From: Lama glama | Taxonomy: Eukaryota | Direction of reading: 5' to 3' | DNA: 64,000 nucleotides | NCBI GenBank assembly: GCA_028534125.1 | Contig: CM052816.1 | Location: forward strand, 31,622,001 to 31,686,000 | Shown: positions 38,161 through 52,788 of the stretch, in pieces | Position numbering within the stretch: position 1 is the first letter of the stretch | How the letters are laid out: each line of letters opens with the position of its first letter | Made by a program: the position numbers and the translations under genes | The notes under the pieces: model-generated | Database searches by the model: none | What the model was told of the DNA's origin: nothing | Seen by the model: the letters and a program-made list of their open reading frames with translations, nothing else

Positions 38161-41100
38161 TATTGTCCTTCTGTGGTTTGTGATATATGTATGTGTGTGT
38201 GTGTGTGTGTGTACATATATATATACATACACTTACTTGTTTAAGCTTAAATATTTTATAGTAAATTAGTATTTTGAGATTATTATACCCATATCTTAGT
38301 ATGCATCTCTAAAATGAAAAATATTTTCATACTTCCCCAAAATAATACTGTACTTAATAAAATTAAAATTCCTTAATTTTATTTAATACTCAGTCTATAT
38401 TTAAATTTATTTAATTGTGGGAAATGCTCCTTTCACTTAAATGACTACACTTATAACTTTTCTCCTGGCTTGACACTTTTAAAAGTAAATTGTGGGAAAA
38501 AAATTGCAAAATCAGACAAAATTAAATTAAGCTGCCTAAAATTGCATATATAAGAAGCAAATCTTCAAAGAAAAGCAAGTAAATTTAGGACTGTGGTTAA
38601 ACTCTGAGGAAAGGGCTATGATTGCAATCAGTTAGGTGCAAACATGGAGCCTTGGGATGCTGGCAGTGTACTATTTCTTGATCTGGGTAATGGTTGCATA
38701 AGAAATTCCATTATGAGTAGTCATTAAATTATAACTATGTTTATGCATTTGAAAACAAAGGTGTGATATAATGTATGAATAATACATTAAAATACTTTTG
38801 GAAAGTAAACTGATAAACAGTTATTCAGTTTTCTTGTATTAAATAAAAAGAAAAGAATAGAGCTTTCACAGTGATCTTTTGATTTACAGTGGCCACATTT
38901 AAATAAAGGTGGCTTTTGCAACGCGAATTGTTTAAATTCAACTTATCAAAAGACATTACTGAGGATCTATTTTTGAGGATAACATTGTAATAATGACATA
39001 TTATTTTTACATAGGCTGTTAGCTTATATCACAGCTTATGACCATTAATTCTAAACCTTGTTCCATCCAGCATTCTAAATAATTCCCAAGCACTGTAATA
39101 TTATTCCCACAGTTTGCTTTGACAAATGTTCTAACAAACAGTATCTGAAAAGTTTACAGGAAGACTCAAGAAGGAAGTTTTACAGTTATAAAATTTTATG
39201 TTTAAAAACTAAAGATGTCCTTTTATTGTTGAAGACTAATGCCACGTAGTTAATCTCTTGGTGAAGTGAACGTCCTCCAGGTTCTACCAGGGAGAACAGT
39301 TAGAGAGCAGCTTAGCTGGCTGCAAATCATAGATCATTCCAACATTCCCATTTCCTGCGTCTTCAGACTCACACCTTTTCAACTTTTTAAAATTTAGGTC
39401 ATCACTGAGTTCATGCTTAGACTTGTTAACCCTGCAGATGATCAATTTCTCAGGGTCCCACTTCTTGAACCAGCACACCAAATCTTGACTCTTTGGTGGT
39501 ACACCCATAGCAGTGCATCTGGCCATTTGAGCTTTGTATCTCATCCCTCTGATTCGAACACCCTTAAATTCACTTCCACATGCTCCCCAGGCTCCTGGTG
39601 ATCTAGACTGCTGAGGTCTCATATGTTTTTGGTCTAGGGCTATCTCTGCCATGAGCAGCCCTTCTATTTAAACCTCTTAGCTCTGCTGGTTTCTAAATCT
39701 TGTACCTGCCCTGGAGGCAGTAAGAGGTGGTAGGGATAGGTGCTGAAAAGAACTAGCATCAGTTTGGGAGGCTAGTACCTCATGTGTAGTCTTTGAAAGA
39801 CTTCTATGGGAGTCTCTCAATAGGAAAGGTAATTTATGGGACATTCAAGACTTGCCTAAGTCAGCCCGAATGTCTCTACCCTGTTTCTCAGAGTCCCACT
39901 TCTTTCCCACTTCTTATCTTAGTCTTCAACTCTACAACCTTATAATCTGTCCTGGGATTGATCCTTAGTCTTGTCAACCCTGAAACATTGGGAGACAAAG
40001 CATTCTTTCAAAGCTTTCATAGAGATCTTCTAGTTTCTCATATGTGTTCTTTACTGGCTGCCCAGGGCCTTTAATTTTCCCTGTATATGCTCTGCAGAAA
40101 CATACTGCGAAGCCTGATGATTCTAACCATCTTTATAATCACTTTGTTGCTATAGTGACAAAATTTTATTCCCACTTCATTCTATCCTACAGTGATAACC
40201 TGAGTAGCTATGATTCCACTGCTTGTTATGGGTTACCCTGATCCTTGCTCCTCCACTCCCCTACCCCAGGAGATTATAATCCTTGGACATATGAGAAATG
40301 TCATTCAGAAATATACTACTTGGAGGACCTGTTCCTTAAAGCTACTTCATTTAAATCCTCTTTGAATTACTATAAAATTGTGTTGCTGTGAGCCACTAAG
40401 TACCACTAAGTTTGTGGTACTTAATTACAGCAAGAATAGAAAACTAATATATCCTAATATGTCCAACTAACAACTGTTATTTCAGGACAGCCACCTTCTT
40501 TCATTTCACTGAATGGCTAGAGTTTAGTTATCTCACAGAGCAGTGTAAATTTTTTTTTATTTTTGTTTTTATTTGGTGGAAATAGAGCTCACCAAATTCT
40601 AAAGGAGATCAAAGGAGTATTTATCATCATTCAGTTGTTCATGCTTTTTACTGAATGTTTATTATGCATTCAATTCCCTCTCTCTCTCTCTCAAAAGTAC
40701 ACACACATTTTAATTATAATCCTGGAAATTATTACCCTGGAAAATTTTAGGGCTATTATTTTTCATTTTAAAACTATCCAAAGTCTTAGAGTGGTTAAGA
40801 TACTTGCTTAAAGTCACAGAGTTAATATGTGCCAGAGCCAGAAGTCAACTCCCAGAACTGTAGGAATTCAAAGTCCATGTCAATTTAATGAAACGATGTG
40901 GCTTCCATAGAAGCCAGCAACAGTTCACTCTAAGCATGTTAGCTACATTATGCTCATCCTTCTTCTAGTATAGCCAGGAAGAAATATGCATGAAATAATT
41001 AATGACTACTGAGTAGAATCTGAGAGAAGAGGGTGTCAGTGAGCATAGTTCCCCATTCTTATCCCAGCCTTTAGTTTCAGCTTACCTCAGCTTGCCCTCA

Positions 41101-42909
41101 TAAAGAGAAACTTTTAAAGGACCAAAGAGTTGCTGTAAGCACAGAGTCTAATCTCTCAGTCACACCCCTGGACCATATTAAATCAGGTTGTATTCAATAA
41201 CGGAGCTTCCAGACATGCTTTATGAACTTCAGAAGATCAGACAATAGATGTAAAGAATTTAAAAAGGATTAATCCCTTGACAGGGAGCTCAAAATATCAC
41301 TTTCTATCTATTGACCATGGAACCAGGTATGTACATATATTCCAGGAAATCTGGTATACGTATTTATTAAAAGAATACTCCTACCTCTGAGCCCTGATGG
41401 ACATCAACTTGGTATTAACATTGACATCATCTATGAAAATCTGTTTTATTAACATCAAATTTTATGGGCTTCCCCCACCCCCCCCGACATGTATAAGCTA
41501 AAATTTAAAAGGATGAACTATAATGCTACACACTATAGGATCTTGTCGTTGAGATTCTGGGAGAATGTGTTTCCCTTTCTCAATACATTCATTTCTCAAT
41601 AGTGTGCTCTATATTTTGTTTCTGTAATTGGTCTTACACAAGTAAGAAAACTGAGTTCACAATCATTTTTTACCCCTTTGAAATTGTATAGTTCTTTGCT
41701 ATAAATAACTAGCTTTTCACTTCTATCAACAGAAGTCTACAAGTGATTGACTCTGAATGGTCACCCGCATAGAAGGCTGTCAGAGTGATTTCTCCAAGAT
41801 GAGAAATGAGCTGGGCAACCCAGCTTGCCCAGGTGAGTGAGGCACAAAGGCTCACATCCATCACATCAGCCCACTGTTATTATTTTCCCTTCATGCCATT
41901 AACCCACACAGCGGGATCTAGACTACCAACCTCAAGTTGCTAAAGTGACATCAAACAAGAAAGCTGGTTAAGACGCAACCACTCACAACTGGAACTAGAA
42001 TCCATGAATCAGGGCTAGGACAAAGAATAAGTGTTCCTTTGTCAGTAAAAACATTTTTTTTTCAATAGCAAAAAGAGCAAGAGTGACACTTGGTGGCCAG
42101 TACAGGGCATCACAAAGGACTGTCCCATAGCAAACATTCTCCTCACCAACCTTGCTCTGGGAGTTTTGAATGTAGGGGAGAACTACGCTGTTTATAGAGG
42201 AATGAGACCCATGTGTACAAGAATAGTATTACTCTTGCTCTGGTTTGTAGCTAACTATCAGAAGTGTCACCACAATACTGCTTTGGGGAATACATTAGGA
42301 GTCAGTGTGTCTAAAGATGAACATTCCAAGAAAAAAGAAATAGTCATTAGAACACTAATTCAGGTAACTATTATGTGTCTGGACAGAACCTTATGTAATA
42401 AATAAAAAAACTTTAAATAAAGCAGTTATCAACCACTGCATAGAATTTCATCAGTCAGTTCTACACTTTGAACTTAACATTCGTCCAGGGTAAATGCTCT
42501 AACCTTTGTTAAAATCAAAACCCCTCCTATTAACGTTTCTTAGGATAACCAAATTAATTTCCATTCACTTGTAACTACCTTCTTATATTTTATCAGTTAA
42601 AGCCCAGACCAAGAAAGAGCCCATTTCAAAGTATTTAGCAAATAAATGCATGTATAAATGAATGAAAAAGATCAAGCAAATGGGAACAGAATGGTTTACG
42701 AAAATATCACCCCAAGTCAGGTAGAACAGAGACAAACAATTTTTAAAACATAGCTTTCCAGGAACAACAGGGAACAAGAGTTTCCAAGAGATGCTAAAAA
42801 AGGGCTACAGTCCATCCTTATACTCTGGAAACAGAGATGCTGGAAAATGTGTTCTAGTGCGTTTGTGGGTATTTATGCCTAAAGTAATCACTGGGCATGC
42901 AGTCCCTGG

Positions 42910-43088
42910 CAGTGGTTCTGAACCTTGGCTATACTTTAGATTCACCAGAACAGGTTTTTAAAATCTTTTCATCCAGGCTGAAACCCAGACTAATCAATCA
43001 GAATTTCTGAGTGTGGAACTCAAGCATGAGAAGTATTTAAAGGTCCTCAGCAGATTCTGATGTGTAGCCATGGTTGAGAACAACTCTG
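42910..43088. mobile_element. MER5B-type MITE
   Basis: CAGTGGTTCTGAACCTTGGCT...AATCAGAAT...GATTCTGATGTGTAGCCATGGTTGAGAACAACT. Confidence 0.75.
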
Positions 43089-43107
43089 CTAAGAGAGAGA
43101 ATGAGAA

Positions 43108-43240
43108 TGGTGTTCTCAAATATTTTGGTCTCAAGATCTCTTCACATTCCTAAAAATTATGGAGACCTCCAAAGAGCTTTTCTTTAGGTGAGTCCTATTT
43201 TTTGGTATTTACTATGTTAGACTTTAAAACTGAGATTAAA
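43108..43240. mobile_element. hAT-Charlie family fragment
   Basis: TTCTCAAATATTTTGGTCTCAAG...AAAAATTATGGAGACCTCCAAAGAGCTTTT. Confidence 0.6.
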
Positions 43241-43351
43241 AAAAAAAAGATGAATGGAACGTCATAGCAAGTTCCATGGAAGTAGGGGGACTGAGTCCTC
43301 TTGTTTCTAAGTCACACTGGTTAGGTGATGTGTGAATGGGGAATATGACTC

Positions 43352-43920
43352 TGTAACAGAGAAGAACAAACCCGACTCCCTGTTGAATCTGTTCCTTTAG
43401 CTCTAACCTTTGTGCTCTGTTGCCTGTGCTTAGTCATGCTGGCTCTGCATTTTTGTTTTGTCAAAAGGTAGAAGAATGTTGCCTAGAGCCTGAAATATAC
43501 ATAATTGCCCTTTCTCAAGGTTCTGCCTCCCAGACTTGACCTTTAAAGGCATAACATTTTTCATTCATGTAGAGATAACATGTTGTAGAATAGAAAATAA
43601 CATTTGTCTTATTGAAGGTTTATAGGAAGTGACCAGACCTATGTAGACAGTTGCAAGAACAAAGGATTATCACATCCTCTCTGGGTCTGCCTGGCAACAG
43701 AGATCTGCAATAACCAGCCACACCTCTTCCTATTTTAGTACAAAAGGAGCCTGAATTCTAATGCTGGTAAGATGGTTCTCTGAGACACGAGGCTGTCATC
43801 TTCTGGTTCTGCTGGCTTTCTGAATTAAGGAATAAAGCCCCTATTCCTTTCCCCAACATCTTGTCTCTAGATTTATTGGCCTGTTGTGGGGTGAAGAGTA
43901 TGAGCTTGGACTTGGTAACA
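43352..43920 (+). mobile_element. Solo LTR (ERV1-like)
   Basis: TGTAACAG...GGTAACA termini, AATAAA near 43831, flanks ACTC/AGTC (degenerate 4-bp TSD). Confidence 0.75.
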
Positions 43921-44081
43921 AGTCGAGATGTGCATGTGAGTTTATGTCACAAAATAAACTGATCTCCCACTGGCAATGTGACATTGCTTATCTTAAGGCA
44001 CAGAAGAAAGAGCATGGGGACACACATACAAGGACATTAACTAAGTCCAAGACGTGCCACTCTTTCACTATATGAAACTAG

Positions 44082-44545
44082 TGTTACAGAAACGACAGGC
44101 CAGCCAAGAAACAAGCACCACTCGGAGGGTTGGAGTACTCAGATGTATTATGCCGGCGGGCTCAGAGGGGCTTCTGCTCTGAAGCTCTGAGCACCTCCAA
44201 GATGTGTGCATGAGGTTTTATAGGGTAAAGTACAAGCTTGGGGTATTAGGCCCATAGGCATGGAACAGCTTTAGCAGCATTATCATCACAAAAGCGGAAG
44301 CGGGGAGGCAGCAAACCAACATTCCAAAGCCAGATATGTATCTTTGAAAACCCAGCTGGCTAGCAAAAATCATGAACAGCAAACCAACACTAATTAACCT
44401 AGATTTACAAGTTAGTCTAGCAGAACTCAGATCAGTATTCCAATACTTAGATTTGTGAGTTATCTTGTTAGCCCAGCCCAGCCTCTCCTTCACATTCCTA
44501 GACTTCTGAGTTATCTTGTTAGACCAGCCCGGCTTTTTCTTCACA
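44082..44545 (-). mobile_element. Young solo LTR, gammaretrovirus-like (ERV1)
   Basis: TG...CA termini with a perfect 4-bp TSD CTAG (44078-81, 44546-49); minus-strand CCTATAAAA near 44216-44224; tandem U3-like repeats; CpGs retained. Confidence 0.85.
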
Positions 44546-47500
44546 CTAGAACAAATGATTTCATTTCTCTGGGCTTCGATTTCCTCATTTGTGAAATGTG
44601 CAGTTGTTTGTAGACTGGATCAGTATTCTTCAAACTGGCATATGAGTATCCCCTCAGGGTTTTCAAAAAATTTCCAAGTGAGTGGGCATTGAAAGTTTTA
44701 GGAAAATAAATATCAGAATCCTCAACTTGATGCATTTTGGTGTAGCTTGGGAGCAGGAGACAACAATACCTGGGTGGAAACAGAAGGGACTGCCAGCTAG
44801 CCCAACAGCAGTCACGAACCAGGCCTAGTTTATTTTTGTATCCACGTTATTGAGTACACACACTGGGGCGGAGTCGGGGTTTCATCAACTACGTTTATTT
44901 CTAACATAGCTCTGAATGTCACAGGCAAAGTGTGCCATTCCAGATCCTGAGAACTTGATAGGTCAAACTCTTAAATAATTGTTTGTGGGCCTTTAAAAAC
45001 TGCCTGGGAAATGTGTACAGGGTAAAATTTAACATTTTAACTCTAATCAGTAACCAGCCTTTGAGATTTCCTCAGAGAGCGATGATAATTTGTCTTAAAT
45101 CTTTAATTCGGCAGGAGAAAACAAACGTAAACATCAGTTATAAATGGAAATGAGCCACCTAGTAATGAGTGGAATCTCCGACTCAAATGATAGTTAATAA
45201 TGGAACAACAATGAAACTCCCTGGCTTGGAGTAAATAGGAATCCTGCCCATGGTTGGTAACAATAGCTACCAATTACTGTGCACTTGCTACTTGTCCAGC
45301 ACTGTGCTTTATCTGCATAACAGTTCTATCAGTGTTCTTTCCCCTTTAATTGGGGGAAGAAACAAGGTTAGAGGCTAAATGATCTGCTTGTGGTCAGAGA
45401 ACTGCTAATGGGCAGGGCCAGGATTTAAACCCAGATGGCAACCTAGATGGGTTCCAGGAGAATCTCCAGCTGTGAGATTCAGTGGTGGTGTGCTGATCTC
45501 CCGGGAGCCACAAGAACGGCTTGCCCATAAATGGACTGTGTGGCAATGAAGAGAGCTGGAGTGAGCTGTGTGGGTGTCAGCCTGCACAGCTGAGCCCCGC
45601 AGTTCTGTGCGCGGTTTTACCAAGATGTGAAGCTCCAGCATCTTTTCACATGGGGATCGCTGTATGATCAAGCATATTGATAGGCTCCCCACTGTTGAGC
45701 AATTCACTAAAAGCAAGTATAATATAGATGAACCATGCTTGGTTAAGTCCATCTATAATTTAAGATCAGTCCAATTTGACCTGAAAGTTTTTCAACTAGT
45801 CAGTTGCTAGTTTAAAAAATAACTTTTTGGGCAAGATTGAGAGTAATGCAAATTTCTGCATGAAGAAATGCATGTGGCAGTTGGAATTCCAATTTGATTT
45901 TGTAAACTACTTTTCAAAGAAATTCACAGTTAACATATCAATACACATTTGATTTCTCAAAGTCTAAGAATGTCATTGCATAGTTTTCTATGCCTCTGTC
46001 TATTCTTTTAACATAAAAGAAACCAATGGGATTCAGCTCCCCAAAATCATTTGTTATTGCCACCATGGTCATAGTTATACCCCGTGACCCAAAATTCATC
46101 ATTTAAAGATACACAAATACTTTCTTAAAATCATAGGATAGCAGGGCATACCAAAACTATCAGGTCAGCCAGCATTATTTAAATGTAGATGGAAACACCA
46201 GGCCAGATTCTCAGGTAGGAAAAGACCAATTAGCAAATGACTGAATTGGAAGAATGCACATTTGGTTTTCAAATAACTTGGCCATCACAGTCTTGTTTTT
46301 CACCCCTCGGCAAGCCAGATCTAGCTAGCAGTCACTGAATAAACTGAAAGTATGAATACAACCAGGGCCCTTGTAGAAACAACTAAGAGAAAACACATTT
46401 TCCTCAAAAAGCATGCGATGTACAAACCTGCAGTTGTCATCTGTTCCTTATTCCTGATGGCAGAGGTCAGGGTCATATATGAGTCTGTCTAGTTCCGTGC
46501 ATGAAATTTATCCCAGGAAACTGGCCTTAGCTTTAGCAGCTGTGGCACAAGACTCCAGAGCACTGTTGTAAAAGCATTGCCATTTCCCATCTGTGTGACT
46601 ACGGAAAAGTCACTTATTTAAAAGTATTTATATTACTGCAGGCAGTTGCCTAGAGAATTAAGTAGAACAATATACATGAAATACTTAACACCATGACTGG
46701 TACCCAGTAAATGCTCAGTAATGTATAATATTAATATATGTGATCAGACTTTGTAGAAAACAAATACGAATCTGTGAATTCACAAGAGTGGTCACTGGAG
46801 TCAAAGAGATCGGTATTCACATCTCAACTCTACTATTTACTGGTGGTTTGACTTTGAGAATGGTACTTAATCTCTCTGAATCCTGCTTTTTAAATTTCAA
46901 CTGTTCTTTGTGAGGAATTGAGTCCTTTTTTAAAAACAACATATTCGGAATTATCCTATAGAAGAAAGATATGCTTAAATGATGCAACTCCTCAAAACTA
47001 TGCCTTTTCCATGACCAAAGGTATACAAAGGGGAGGAGGGGGGATGTGAGAACATCATTTAGGTACAGGCATTAAGGATTGTATGGCCTTTAGAGAATTT
47101 TAAAATGATAATACAACTAACTCAAAGCTTGTCTGCTTTTTATTATCACTATGGTTAGATGTGGGGTATAAAGGAACCACCAGATTTTGGCCTCTTAAGG
47201 ATTTGATCACTCCAAGGCTTACGTTTGCCCTTACGGGAAATGTGGGGTCTATTATATAATATATTAATACATTTCCTTCTCTCTCTCCTATTTAAAATCA
47301 TTCCATGTAATGTGTAGTATGCGAAGGTAGTTTTAAAGCTGATGGCTGAAATATTATTATTTCTTCATGTAAAGACATTTGTTTGTATGGACTTTACATG
47401 ATCATTTTATACTAGAATGAAGACATTAGAGACATGATGTGTCACAGCTTAACAAGATTGTCACGAAGAATCAGTCTAAGCCAGTCTGCACTCCCAGACA

Positions 47501-49819
47501 ACCAGTCAAGCAGTTAATGATTGAGAAAATCTCCTAGTTAATTTGTCAGCTGAAAACTCGGTGGTGAGGCACTTCATATAGTACACAGCCTGCATCCTAT
47601 CAACAAACTGTCATCTAAAAATCCCGGAAATGGCTGATGGGTAGAAATCCTCTCCCTCCCCTTTAGAACTGCTACTTCTGGTGAAAAAGAGTATTCCTGT
47701 CAACATCTATCCATGCTCCAGTGACAAGGCTCAGAAAGACCAACCACCTGTAGCCTGCTTAAGTCCCCGGATAGCCCAGTATTGTGATTACCACCCCCTG
47801 GCCAGGAACCTGTGCCAATATAAATGAAACAACATGTAAATGGAAACATGTCCCAGGCAGAACTGACTTTCTTGACTATGCTTACTGAACTCAAAATGCC
47901 AGAGTCAGAAACACAACGTAGGCATAAAATCACTTCTAGGAAGTTAGCATGTACGATCTTAAATATTTCCAAGGGATCAAATTAGTCCGGAGAACATTAA
48001 GCAATCTCCCCAAGATCTTCTGAGGGCAACACGTGCCTAATGCAAGGGAAGCAGAAGTTGTCTGCGACCACCAGAAATAGGAATGTCTCCCCACTGCGCA
48101 GAAGTCCTCAAGCCCTGGAGTCTGGGCTCCTGCCTACAAATTTTGAAACTGCTACACCTTCAACGTATAAAGGGAAGAGGAAAGTACGGGCAAATGATGG
48201 AGGCACAGACAGCAGTCTTGTTTGATATAAAACACTCTTTATATACCCAACTTGAAAAAAGAGGAAAATGGGCATGGGAATGTCAAAATGCTAAAATTCA
48301 TCTATTTAGTTGTAGCATCTGAATTCTATACACTTTATCTAAAGCTAGTTTCTTAATGTGTCAGTTTTCTGGGAAGCTCTCCGAGCACTCTGATCAGATA
48401 GTTACATCTCCCTCCTAGCCTCTCAGCAAAGTAGATCTGAAAGGGACTTGGAGAGCTTCTCGCCCAGTAGCTTTGACTTCAGAAAACAAAATCAGAGGAG
48501 GAAGATGCTTTCCCCAAGGTTACAAGTTAAATTAGACATAGAACTGAAACTAGATGCAGGTCCTGACTCCTCGCACAATGACATTTTCTCTCAGCTGTGT
48601 ATGTGACAAGGGACGGTGAAATACCCTGCTCTCAAGTCTCAAAACCAGGGCTACACTGAAGTTTCCCTACAGAGGGTTCCTTAGGACAAAATTGGGCAAT
48701 AGGATTTTATTCTTACCTGTTTAGAGGTTTGTTATAAAGATCTTCCCTACAGCCCTGATGATTCAGGGGTTTTCATGCTAACTTCCTATCCTGAATTTCC
48801 CTCTTGGGCAACTCCCCATGATCCCTAAGCCTGCTCACAATCACTCTCTCCTGTGCTAATACTTACCTTTCCTGTCCCCTATTCACTCAGTCTCAGCAAA
48901 CATTTGGCTGACAAATTGATTAAACCTATCCTATCTACACCAGAAGCTTTCTTAACATGTCTCCATTTAGCTGACTCTCCAGATTAAGAGGCACTGGTTT
49001 AGTGATCTTACAAAACACATTAACATAAATTAAAACAGACAATTTTCATATATTCTTCCTCGCCCTTCACACTTTGCAACAGTTACTAAAAGCTAAGATA
49101 TTTAGAGACTTAAAATTTGATCACTTTATGTTCGAATCTGTAAGGTCAGAAGTTTAAGAAACTATAAGGGAGGGGAAACAAGTAGGAGAAATGGAGTCTT
49201 GCTGACCATTCATTTTCTTAACTAAGCATATTCCCTGTTTGGAGCTATTTTTCAATCATGCACCATGGTTTTTATATCTGCCTGTTTTTTGGACATTCTT
49301 TGTTTTTATATTTGCTTTCATCAGTTTTGTTACAGATGTTTATAATGTGTTGAACTCCAAACATTTTAATGTGTTGAATTGCTCCCAGTACTTAATTTTT
49401 TATTAGACTGATGAAAAAGTTTTATTTCTGCCTTTCTTTTCAATTCCCTAGATTTTATAAAATACCAAAGCTCTCTTACTTCTTGGGGAAATATTTCCTT
49501 CCAAGTCAAGAGAACTTAGGCTATTATTTTGAGGAAAGTCAAGTTTTATTTCAGTAATCACCACATCGATCATGTTTCTAATTCTGTCTACCTGAGCACA
49601 AAGCAAATTAATCCTGCTCTTGGGATTATTGACAGACTGGAAGAAAATACAGAAACAGTCTCCTGCGAAGATATAACTTATTAAAGTGCTGTCTTAAGAT
49701 CATCTGATAAATTCAGAACCAACTACTTGTCTTTGGCAAACCAACAGAATCAAACAGAAATCTGCCTAAACACCATATGACCTAGATTTTAAGAAATGCT
49801 CTCCTTCTCTATACAAATA

Positions 49820-50072
49820 CATTTTTAAGTAAACACTTCTAGAGTAGTTGTAGATTTACAGAAGAATTATAAGTATTTACAGAGAGTTCCTGTATACCCC
49901 ACACTCAGTTTCCCCTGATGCCAACATCTAATGTTAGTATGATGGTACATTTGTCACAACCACCAAACAAGCCACCACTGATATGCCATTTTTAACTAAA
50001 GTCTATACTTCAAATTTTCTTGGTTTTTACCTAATGTCACACTTCTGATCCAGGACCCTATCTAGAATACAG
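49820..50072 (-). mobile_element. L1MC-type 3' end fragment
   Basis: TAGATTTACAGAAGAATT...ACAGAGAGTTCCTGTATACCCCACACTCAGTTTCCCC...TCTGATCCAGGA. Confidence 0.7.
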
Positions 50073-51221
50073 TTGAAATCAGCGATCTAGTCAGTATCAA
50101 AACTAGGACAACCATCTACATATGACATACTGCAGTCTAGTCCTGTTTCAACCACACAATGCAACTTCCTCCTTTTTCAAAGTTTACCCTCAAGACACAA
50201 GATATCCACCAGATTTAACCAAATTTGGTAAAACACTGAGTCGATTCAGTGAATCAAAATTAGCTACACTGGTTGTTCTCCTGAATAGACAAAATGACTG
50301 ACTGAAATTGTTGCTCCGATAACAGCTGACAGAAGCGGCTAGAAAATCAGAAATGGCAAGCGAGGGCTTTCATTGGCTGAACAGAAAGTACAGTACCTCA
50401 GGGACAGGAGATGCTCATAGGTTGTCCCTTGGGACCCTTGACTTCCCTCTGAGTATCTCATGTCCTGTTCTCTAACTCCAGATTGGTCCAAGCCTAATAT
50501 AGATAAGGTAGGTAAAATTAATCTTTTATTCTTTTACCTCCTTTTATTTTATATTGGATACTGCTGATTGAAGGTAAAGTCTCCTTTGAGTAAATATGCA
50601 TTCCTTTAGTTTTTCCCATTACATCAGCTGAGACACCCCCACAGTCCGTGTGGGAACAGGGATACAAGTATGTGCCATCTTTTCCGCTGTGTGCTCCCCC
50701 AGCAAGAAAGTCACAGGGATCATCCAGGTTCCTGCTAAGCTGGTAAATTATTCTGGGCTATCTGTCCATTTGAACTTGGGTGAACCAAAATGTGAACAGC
50801 AAAAAGAGGAAATTTACAAGTGGCTATTCAAAGGGCTTACCATGTTTTACCAAAATTTATTACTGAACTGCCTTGAAATCTTAAAATTGGATACTAAAAT
50901 CAATGGGATGAGAATCTGTAGAATGTAAACGAAGTCCCATGAGCAGTTTCAAACTTTAAAACTCTTTTCATTTTTATAGTTACCAGCTTATTGCTAATGC
51001 AGTTTCTAGTTAAGTTTTGCAGACTATGCAAACCTTTCATTCTAGTCTAAGAAATTATGCAACCTTTATTGATTATGCTCAGAATGTGTGACTGGTCACC
51101 GTAAGACCCTGTGCTTGGGAGCCAGACTCCCAAACCAGGTTTCCCCAGGTTTCTGCTTGGCCAGTCTTGAAGTAGTATGCAAACACCCAGGCTTACAACT
51201 GGATACTTGGATTTCCTAGAC

Positions 51222-51370
51222 CAGCGTTTCTCAACATGTGGTCCACAGACTGACAATGTCAGAATCTCCAGATATTTAAAATGAAGACTCCTGGGCTTTA
51301 TGCAAATTATGGTACTGGAATTTCTCCTGAAGGCGGAGGAAGGCAGAAACCTGCACCTTTAACAAGGGCT
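51222..51370. mobile_element. MER5-type fragment
   Basis: CAGCGTTTCTCAACATGTGGTCC...AAACCTGCACCTTTAACAAG. Confidence 0.55.
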
Positions 51371-51780
51371 ATAAGCCACTGTGATAACTGGCAGTTTTAT
51401 ATGAGATTTTATATATATATATATAACTATTATATATATATATAATCATGAACAGGGTGTTTTGATTGTGGGATTGGACCTTTGGAAGTGTATTTTCATG
51501 ATGGATTTCAGGCTTGGACCACGCTGACCTGAAGAGGAAGGAGCTCTTGTATTCATTTGTTTTATCTAAGAACCAATTGATCGGGTTTTTTCATTCTACT
51601 ACTTTAGTTTGACACTAGTACATCTTCTGACAGTAAAGCCATACATTGTTAAGAGGGATTACTAAATAAATTTACCATGTTAGAGCCATAACAAAAGAAA
51701 ATTTACTCTTAACATGAAAATTTACAAAATAACTCTTGACTATTGACAATAGATTAAATTTTGTTTTGAAAGCATACATG

Positions 51781-51849
51781 GACTGAAGCATTGTGCTATA
51801 CATTAGAAACTGACACAACACTGGAAACTGACTATACTTCAGTTAAAAA

Positions 51850-51890
<41 letters not shown>
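51781..51890 (+). mobile_element. Very short L1 3' end whose tail carries a (CA)n microsatellite
   Basis: GACTGAAGCATTGTGCTATAC...AACTGACTATACTTCA + A-tract + (CA)n; TSD AAAGCAT(A/G)CATG at 51769-80 and 51891-902. Confidence 0.8.
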
Positions 51891-51892
<2 letters not shown>

Positions 51893-52678
51893 GCATGCAT
51901 GCCCTCAAACACCTGGAACGTGACTTACAAATGAGAAGTCCTTGTTCAGAGTAAGCACCCATGCATTATATGTCAAAGTTAAAATAAGCAATTGCAAATT
52001 ACAAAGACAGAAAAAAGATATTCTGTCATTTTGGTACATGTAGTGGGGAACGCATGAAAGAAAAAGAGCTCATATATCAACAGTATCACTGTTGTATAGT
52101 TACTGAACCTTCATAAGCACAAGTCCCCGAGTGATTACTCAGTGTTGAAGGTCTGGACTTATTACATAAAGTATCCATCAACGCCAAGATGATGAAAGAT
52201 AAGCAGCTTCCATGTGATTAATAGGTACAAGAGCACAAAACAAAGGAGATTAAAAAAGCCAATGGGTTTTATTGATAGAGTCAACCTTAACTCTCAACAA
52301 GGCAAAATACTGATTCAGTCAGCAACCCATTGAGCAGCTTAGAGAAATACTTCTCTGCCCTAGATGACACACTAACGTGAGTTTGTAGATGGAAGCACAT
52401 TTAGCAAATTCATTCATGAAGTTCGAGGAGAAATATGTGTTTTATTAAAAATCATGATTTCTTAAAAGAGATCAAATCAACATAGTCTTATAACAAAGGC
52501 ACAGGATTTTATTTCATCTAGAAAACCCCTTGAGTTCAGCTGAAAAATTTTACTGAAGCTGCTATAGATTCAATTAAGGAGGAGCTGACTAAACAGCACT
52601 AATCTAAGAATCCGCTTGTAATTCTTTCCATTCACTGATTCTTTCTCTCTGTGTGTCTGTGTGTCTGTCTGTCTCTTT

Positions 52679-52788
52679 TAGGGTAATCAGATTTAGCAAG
52701 TAAAATTACAGAGAACTCAGTTAAATTTGAATTCCAGATAAATAAGAAATATGTTTAAAATTATTCTGTATTTTGTCTGGCAATCTAG
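52679..52788. mobile_element. MER53-like hAT MITE with internal deletion
   Basis: TAGGGT..CAGATTTAGCAAGTAAAA...CAGTTAAATTTGAAT joined to CTGTATTTTGTCTGGCAA. Confidence 0.65.
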
